Positions 58,439 to 64,000 of a DNA stretch of 64,000 nt are shown here, piece after piece. The stretch covers positions 3,248-67,247 of the forward strand of contig CAYOXD010000002.1 in NCBI GenBank assembly GCA_964407825.1. Direction: 5' to 3'. This DNA is from an uncultured Desulfobacterales bacterium. GTDB taxonomy: Bacteria; Desulfobacterota; Desulfobacteria; Desulfobacterales; JAFDDL01. The translations under genes were made by a program, and so were the position numbers. The notes beneath the pieces are model-generated. The model was not told the DNA's origin and ran no database searches. It worked only from the letters and a program-made list of their open reading frames with translations. Positions within the stretch are counted from its first letter, which is position 1, and every line of letters starts with the position of its first letter.

Positions 58439-60370
58439 TTACTTGGACATTTCCAGCCTCACGTACTGCTCGTAATAGGCGGCGCCAGAGCCCATATCCG
58501 TGCAGACGGCGTCAATGAGTTGATTGACCCCACCCCCCAGTCCCATCCAGTCCCCCCGGCGGTAGAGCACCACCTGGGGATGGAGATCCGCCAACGACAC
58601 CGGTTGTACCCGCAGTCGGCCAAGGGGGGAAACGAGCCAGACCGGACCGTCATCGTCGATTTCCCGCCATGCCGGGCATTCAGGCGACAACCATACAGTG
58701 GGAAACTTCGGATGGCTCTCGGGCAGGAGTTGTGAGTGCATGGCATCCCGACGCACAAGGCTCAGCAGCCGCAGGGGGAACCCCGGCGGCGGGGCCGGTT
58801 CCTCATGCAGCACCAGGGGAAGGGCGTAGCGTCCATCGGCATGGTCGAAAACCAGTCCCTCGTAGGCAACCGCCGGCCGGCTGGCCCGGACCCATCCCCT
58901 TTGCCGCAACCGGTTCAGATCCGTGTCCAATACAGGTGCCTCCAGGGCCCGGGCAAGGCAGCTTTCGGCATCCGGCAGCATCACGGGCGGGTCCAGCCTT
59001 CGGCCGATTTCCGATACGATCCAGTGATCGCCCCTCGCCTCGGGCGGTGGATCCACCACCTTCGCCGCATACAGGACGAATTCATGGAGATAGGAACCGA
59101 CGATGTCCTCCTGTTCCAGCATCAGGGTGCAGGGGAGCACCAGGTCCGCTGCCCGGGCGGTATCGGTCATGAAGGCATCCACCACCACCTTGAAGTCAAC
59201 CGACTGGAAAAATTGTCGCACACCGCGGCTGTCCGGCGCCTGGTTGACGATGTTGGTGCCGTTGACCCAAATCATTCGGACAGGCGGTCGGGTCCTGTCA
59301 GCCCCGTCCTGCGCTATCATCGGCTTTCGGAGGGTGTGCTGCGAACCGCTTGCCCCGGGATCCAGCCAGGAGAGGTCCAGATTCCGGAAGGCATGGTGAT
59401 GAAAGTAGCTGCCGCCGCCGGGCCGTCCCACGTTACCGGAACAGAAGGCAAGGGCATTGATAAAACGCACATTTTCGCCGCCGTAGCGATACCGTTGCAG
59501 GCCGGCGCCCACCAGTGTGGCTGTGGGACCGGGGGCCGCATAGTACTCGGAGAGGGTTTCGATATCGCTGGACGACACCCCGGATAAGTCGCAAAGCCGA
59601 TCCTCGCCGTATGCGCCGATGGTCTGGACAAAGCTCTTCACGTGCCGGGCCCTTTCGAGCAAGGATGCCGGAACCTGTCCAGCGGAAAACAGCCGTTTGG
59701 TTACCGCGGCCGCCAGAAAGCGATCCGTACCCGGCCGGATGCGGATCGTATCGTCGGAAAGCGACCGATTGAAATCCCCCCCGGGGGAGATGCTCAGCAC
59801 CCGGGCGCCCCGGCGGCGCGCCCGGCGTATCAGCAGGGCCGTATGGACCGAACTCCGGAGGGGGTCCTTTCCCCAGTTGACGATTCTGTCGCTCTCCAAC
59901 AGAAGCTGGATATCGGAATTGCACCGGGAGCCGAAATCCTTGATATAGGCCATGTAGCCGGCCGCATCGCACAGGGATCCATGGGTACGGGAGCTGCCAA
60001 GTTTTCGAAAAAAGAGGGTAGGGGTCTGCCGCAGGACCCCCTTGCCGCCTTGGCCATGGAGGTGCAAAATGGCGCCCGGGGTTTTGCGAAGTGCCTGTAT
60101 CTTCTCCGCGCAGAGGGCCAGGGCCTCCTCCCAGCAGATAGCCTTCCAATTTTTTCCCCTGCGGATCATGGGGGTTTGGATCCGCGCGGGACTCTGCAGC
60201 CGTTGCAGATGGCTATTGATTTTGTTACAGGCGAATCCGGCGGTTATCGGATGATCCGGCGCTCCCTTCAGCCGCGGATTTCCAGATCTGTCCAACTCCA
60301 CCAGCAGGGCGCAAGAATCCGGACAATCCATGGTACAGGCCGTGTAAGATGCATTCTGGTGCCCATCCAT
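58439..60370 (-). CDS. Molybdopterin (bis-MGD) oxidoreductase family protein, apparently cytoplasmic
   Basis: The N-terminal Fe-S motif is CTMDCPDSC...GFACNK. MopB-like core motifs (THGSLCDAAG, ISPGGD) and a C-terminal molybdopterin-binding barrel are present. No twin-arginine signal is seen. The internal Met at 60370 is preceded by GAGGGAG. Confidence 0.75.
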   Translation of the reverse strand: MDGHQNASYTACTMDCPDSCALLVELDRSGNPRLKGAPDHPITAGFACNKINSHLQRLQSPARIQTPMIRRGKNWKAICWEEALALCAEKIQALRKTPGAILHLHGQGGKGVLRQTPTLFFRKLGSSRTHGSLCDAAGYMAYIKDFGSRCNSDIQLLLESDRIVNWGKDPLRSSVHTALLIRRARRRGARVLSISPGGDFNRSLSDDTIRIRPGTDRFLAAAVTKRLFSAGQVPASLLERARHVKSFVQTIGAYGEDRLCDLSGVSSSDIETLSEYYAAPGPTATLVGAGLQRYRYGGENVRFINALAFCSGNVGRPGGGSYFHHHAFRNLDLSWLDPGASGSQHTLRKPMIAQDGADRTRPPVRMIWVNGTNIVNQAPDSRGVRQFFQSVDFKVVVDAFMTDTARAADLVLPCTLMLEQEDIVGSYLHEFVLYAAKVVDPPPEARGDHWIVSEIGRRLDPPVMLPDAESCLARALEAPVLDTDLNRLRQRGWVRASRPAVAYEGLVFDHADGRYALPLVLHEEPAPPPGFPLRLLSLVRRDAMHSQLLPESHPKFPTVWLSPECPAWREIDDDGPVWLVSPLGRLRVQPVSLADLHPQVVLYRRGDWMGLGGGVNQLIDAVCTDMGSGAAYYEQYVRLEMSK

Positions 60371-60556
60371 CAAGGACGCTCCCTCTCTCTGTGTCGGGCT
60401 TTTGGGATCCACTCGCGTTTCGGCCACAAAGCCGCCCTCAGCTCCATGCCCTCTACCTATAGAAATACGATGTTCGACGGGTATTTGCAAAATGTATTGA
60501 AAATCCTCCCTGGAAAATATAAAAAAGTCTTTTTGCATAGGAAGAGGAAAGGGGAG

Positions 60557-60823
60557 ATGGAGAAACTACTGGATGAGTTGAAGCACAAGGTCGTCGAAAC
60601 CCTCAATCTGGGCGATATCAAACCCGAGGACATCGACGGGGACGAACAGCTGGTGGGAGGAAGGCTGGGAATCGATTCCATCGATATCCTGGAACTGGTG
60701 ATGATGATTGAAAAGACCTATGGGCTCAAAATCGACAATAAGGAAATGGGCGCGAAGGTTTTTGCCAATATGAGAGCCATGGCCGGATATATTCAGGAAA
60801 ATGTTCCGGAGCTTTCCCCTTGA
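60557..60823 (+). CDS. Acyl carrier protein
   Basis: An 88-aa protein with LGIDSIDILELV as the phosphopantetheine Ser motif. The ATG is preceded by GAGGAAAGGGGAG, and the stop overlaps the start of the KS gene. Confidence 0.8.
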   Translation: MEKLLDELKHKVVETLNLGDIKPEDIDGDEQLVGGRLGIDSIDILELVMMIEKTYGLKIDNKEMGAKVFANMRAMAGYIQENVPELSP

Positions 60824-63003
60824 CTGAAAGGCGGGTCATCATCGCCGGCATGGGCGCCCTCACCCCTGCCGGCGCCGGTGTGGAGGCTCTGGTTCGCTGG
60901 ATGCACCGGGGGGACCGGGCGATTGCAGATCCCACGGTTTTCGCCGTTGCACCGGAGAATCGAATGCCGGTCGGTGAGGTCCCCCGGTGGGACGGACTCG
61001 GCGGCGCCTATCCCCGAACCCATCAGCTCGCGCTGGCTGCAGCCCTGGAGGCAATGTCGGGAACCTCACAACCGCCCGATGCGATAGTGATTGGCGTTAC
61101 CACCGGCGGGATTCTTACCACCGAGGAAAATTTCAAGGCGGACGTCAGCGACCCGACCGCCTACCGATATCATGGTGCGGGAACGGTCGCAGAGCTGATC
61201 GCAGAGCAGCTCTGCTGCAGGGGCGCCGCCATCACGGTGTCCAATGCCTGCTCTTCCGGTGCGGTTGCCATCAAGATCGCCCTCGACATGCTGCGCAGCG
61301 GCCTGGCCAGCCGGGTTTTGGCAGGAGGGGCGGACAGCCTCTGCCGGCTGACCTACTTCGGATTTAAATCACTCCAGTTGGTGGATCCAAAGGGAGCGCG
61401 GCCCTTTGATCTGGATCGCCAGGGAATGTCGGTGGGGGAGGGGGCCGCCATGCTCCTTCTGGAGCGGGACGTCGAGAACAGATCCGATAGGACAGCGGTG
61501 CTCGGCGGTGGACTTTCATGCGATGCTTTTCACCCCGCCAAACCCCATCCCGAAGGGCAGGGGGCCCTGGCCGCCATGAGGGCGGCTCTGAGGGATGCGG
61601 GCATTCCCCCGAAGGATATTGATTACATCAATCTGCACGGCACCGGTACGCAGGACAACGATCTTTCAGAGGCGAGGGCCGTTCGCAGGCTATTCGGCGA
61701 GCGCCTGCCGCCGCTTTCCTCCGTAAAGGGGGCTCTGGGTCATTCCCTGGCCGCAGCGGGAGCCATTGAAGCGCTCATTGGCGCCATCGCCATTTCCCAC
61801 GGCCTGATGCCTGCCAATACCGGCTGCACGGTGCCGGACCCGGAGCTGGGCTTAAGCCCCTTGCCGGCGCCGCAAAGGTCACCCACGGCCACGGTCCTTT
61901 CCAATTCCATCGGCTTTGGTGGCAACAATGCCGCCCTGGTGATCGGTAGAACCGCTGGCCGCACCCAAACCTCGAGCCCATCCAGCAAGCCCTTTACGGT
62001 GGCAGGCATAGCGTGCCTCACCGGGTACGGGAGTCTTGACAATACCCTTGCCCGCCTCGCCTCTGGTTCTGCAATCTCCCCCCCGGAACGCCTTTCGCTG
62101 GCGGATATTTCCGCCGCGCTTCCTGCTGCCCAGGTGCGGCGGCTCAAACGGCTGCCGCGCATGGCTTTGGCCCTTTCCAGCGCCGTTCGCCAGAATGCGG
62201 GGCTCGATTGCCCTCCTGAATCCGTCTTCTGGGGCACCGGGTGGGGGCCCCTCTCGGAAACCTATGACTTTTTAACGAAGCTCCAGGAATCCGATGAAAA
62301 ATTCACCAGCCCCACGGACTTCATCGGATCGGTACACAACGCGCCGGCAGGGCAGGTTGCCATGCTCCTTGGCGCCGCCGGTGCCAACGTCACCCTGACC
62401 GGCGGAGACTATTCCTTCGAGCAGGCACTGCTGAGCGCCCAGGTCCTTGCTCCAGAATCCGATGCCCCTGTACTCGTAATCGGCGCCGACGAGTTTCATG
62501 AAACGTTTTCTCCCCTGCTGGATCCCTCGGTGGTCGATGCAGATACCGCCTCCGACGGCGGAGGGGCCCTTTACCTGACCCGTTCGGTAAACAATCGAGA
62601 GACAACAAACTGGATTCGTTTGGAATATTTTGCAACCCTGGGGGATGACCCTGCCGCCATCTCCTCGCTGGTGGAAGCCCTCAACGCAACAGGCCCCCTC
62701 GCGGAACGATTTTGCGCTGTCATGGCAGGCATTCCGGCCGGCTACCGGAAGCAGGGCGAGAGCCAACTCCGCGCGTTTCTTTCCCTATCGGGGGTCACCA
62801 GCCCCGTCATCGATTATCGGGAACTTACCGGCGAATTCGCTTCGGCCAGTGCGGTGGCTGTATCCCTTGCCGCGGCATTTTGCCGCAACGGCGAAATCCC
62901 CGCCGGCTTCGCCGGCTGTTCCGGGCAAACCATTCCGTTGCACAACAAGGAAATTCTCGTCCTCGGACTCGGCAAATCCATCACAGCCGTCTGCCTGGGT
63001 TGA
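60820..63003 (+). CDS. Fused beta-ketoacyl synthase (KS, Cys-His-His) plus chain-length-factor-like KS-N domain
   Basis: The N-terminal half carries VSNACSSGAVAI, NLHGTGTQDND and KGALGHSLAAAG. The C-terminal half carries SPTDFIGSVHNAPAGQVAML and has no catalytic Cys at the equivalent position (TLTGGDYSFEQAL). The TTG start overlaps the ACP stop as TTGA. Confidence 0.85.
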   Translation: MTERRVIIAGMGALTPAGAGVEALVRWMHRGDRAIADPTVFAVAPENRMPVGEVPRWDGLGGAYPRTHQLALAAALEAMSGTSQPPDAIVIGVTTGGILTTEENFKADVSDPTAYRYHGAGTVAELIAEQLCCRGAAITVSNACSSGAVAIKIALDMLRSGLASRVLAGGADSLCRLTYFGFKSLQLVDPKGARPFDLDRQGMSVGEGAAMLLLERDVENRSDRTAVLGGGLSCDAFHPAKPHPEGQGALAAMRAALRDAGIPPKDIDYINLHGTGTQDNDLSEARAVRRLFGERLPPLSSVKGALGHSLAAAGAIEALIGAIAISHGLMPANTGCTVPDPELGLSPLPAPQRSPTATVLSNSIGFGGNNAALVIGRTAGRTQTSSPSSKPFTVAGIACLTGYGSLDNTLARLASGSAISPPERLSLADISAALPAAQVRRLKRLPRMALALSSAVRQNAGLDCPPESVFWGTGWGPLSETYDFLTKLQESDEKFTSPTDFIGSVHNAPAGQVAMLLGAAGANVTLTGGDYSFEQALLSAQVLAPESDAPVLVIGADEFHETFSPLLDPSVVDADTASDGGGALYLTRSVNNRETTNWIRLEYFATLGDDPAAISSLVEALNATGPLAERFCAVMAGIPAGYRKQGESQLRAFLSLSGVTSPVIDYRELTGEFASASAVAVSLAAAFCRNGEIPAGFAGCSGQTIPLHNKEILVLGLGKSITAVCLG

Positions 63004-63151
63004 TATGAATGTTTGACCAGAACTCAAATGCGCGGCTGGCGCGAATTTATGTATTCCCAGAACGTCTGATAATGTATATTATGTAAACTTTAAATAATGG
63101 CCATACGTCCCCGTCGGCTCCCCGATCCTACTCGGGGTTATCGAGGCCGTA

Positions 63152-63415
63152 TTATTTCTGGCTCTGAATAAATTCCCGGACCTTGGGCGGGATGAAGGTG
63201 TTGTCCAGCGGATAAGATTGCAGGAAAGAGGCCAGAAGCCTGTTTTTACGATGAATTGTCAGATGTTTGTCGATGATGAAGCGCTCCTGGCCCTTGACCT
63301 TGCAGTAGCCGCTGCGGACCTGAATGCCGCTGGTTTTCAGATTCTGTTCCGAGACGCTCACACCCATCCTGTCCAGAAGCTCTTTCAGATGCTCGTAAAG
63401 TTGATCCGCTTTCAT
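63152..63415 (-). CDS. Hypothetical small protein (87 aa)
   Basis: The internal Met is preceded by GGGGAGGGGA. No motif recognised. Confidence 0.35.
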   Translation of the reverse strand: MKADQLYEHLKELLDRMGVSVSEQNLKTSGIQVRSGYCKVKGQERFIIDKHLTIHRKNRLLASFLQSYPLDNTFIPPKVREFIQSQK

Positions 63416-63564
63416 GCCGCGCTGTCCCCTCCCCTTGATAATTTCCTCGGCCGTGTTATATTCCGTTTGAAAACAAATGCAAGGTCGGCTGATGCCCCTT
63501 AGCGAAGGGGGGCAAGAAAGACGGCCCAGGGTCTCCCGAATATTCGGTAAACAGGAGGAAAAAA

Positions 63565-64000
63565 ATGCAGAGTGTACCGTATCAAAGCACACAGACCCAG
63601 GTCCGGGTCAATGAGTTTGTCCGAAGCGTATACAATTGGATGGCCGTGGGGTTGGCGCTCACAGGATGTGTCGCCTACTTCACCGCGAGCAGCGCCACCC
63701 TCCTGCAGATGATTTACGGCAGCCCCTTTGTATTTTTCGGGCTCTTCATCGCGGAACTGGCACTGGTCTACTCCATCAGCGCCCGCATCAACCGCATGCA
63801 GGCATCCACCGCAACAGGCCTTTTCATTCTTTACTCCGCTTTGAACGGCCTGACTTTGGCATTCATTTTTCTCAGATACACGAGTGCATCCATCAGCTCG
63901 ACCTTCTTCGTATGCGCTGCCACCTTCGGCGCCTGTAGCATCTACGGCTGGACGGCCAAGCGAGACTTGACCAGCATGGGCGGGTTTATGTTCATGGGAC
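63565..64000 (+). CDS. Bax inhibitor-1/YccA family membrane protein (3' end outside window; absent from the ORF track)
   Basis: My own translation is MQSVPYQSTQTQVRVNEFVRSVYNWMAVGLALTGCVAYF...LFILYSALNGLTLAFIFLRYT. The ATG is preceded by AGGAGGA, and the frame stays open to the window edge. Confidence 0.8.
   Translation, partial: MQSVPYQSTQTQVRVNEFVRSVYNWMAVGLALTGCVAYFTASSATLLQMIYGSPFVFFGLFIAELALVYSISARINRMQASTATGLFILYSALNGLTLAFIFLRYTSASISSTFFVCAATFGACSIYGWTAKRDLTSMGGFMFMG

Noticed and set aside
60371-60556. A sigma-54-type promoter (TGGCAC-N5-TTGC) in the MopB / ACP divergent region. The regions 7525-7828 and 22552-22727 were also checked.
   Set aside because: Only partial GG/GC elements with wrong spacing are present (for example TGGAAAATAT...TTTGCA is too far apart). 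There is no convincing -24/-12 match.
1-64000. CRISPR arrays, rRNA, intact tRNAs, IS elements or transposases, reverse transcriptases (retron/DGR) and prophage structural genes.
   Set aside because: I saw no regularly spaced direct repeats, no rRNA-like conserved blocks, no cloverleaf-capable tRNA and no DDE or RT motifs in any supplied ORF. Visual scanning cannot exclude short or degenerate elements.

Overview
The window reads as a GC-rich chromosomal segment of a deltaproteobacterial type, probably Desulfobacterota. That assignment is an inference from gene content, conserved gene-order blocks and the tmRNA tag; no search was possible. All calls rest on motif recognition in the supplied ORF translations and on my own reading of the DNA.

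Most of the window is conserved housekeeping sequence:
- an iron/corrinoid-type ABC importer and rocD
- ssrA-smpB, ptsI and purB
- feoAB with a DtxR-family repressor and a hybrid histidine kinase
- topA, dprA, cpoB, secDF-yajC and rng
- leuS-lptE, rpsT/murJ, ftsB, coaBC, udg, and nfeD with an SPFH partner
- xerC-hslVU, argB-argD, dapF, folK, tal and pgsA

Five regions are not ordinary:
1. An orphan B12-radical-SAM / KASIII-like / ACP module sits next to an ABC-2 exporter (4.7-9.9 kb).
2. A roughly 4.4 kb AT-richer islet is inserted at the 3' end of ssrA (10.5-14.9 kb). It is bounded by a ghost copy of the tmRNA terminus and the apparently native bidirectional terminator. It carries HigB with a HigA-ImmA fusion, a conserved unknown protein, a frameshifted RhuM gene and degenerate tandem repeats. 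No integrase is present.
3. A second ACP plus a fused KS-CLF condensing enzyme is transcribed divergently from a cytoplasmic molybdopterin oxidoreductase, a CDO-like cupin and an unknown protein (57-63 kb).
4. A protein with a TiaS-kinase-like N-terminus pairs with a small Cys-rich ORF (2.3-3.2 kb).
5. Two unrecognisable genes lie between topA and a single-domain response regulator (26.6-27.6 kb).

I saw no CRISPR array, rRNA, intact tRNA, transposase or reverse transcriptase. The two ACP-centred modules are my best candidates for an undescribed system, but the sequence alone does not establish their products.
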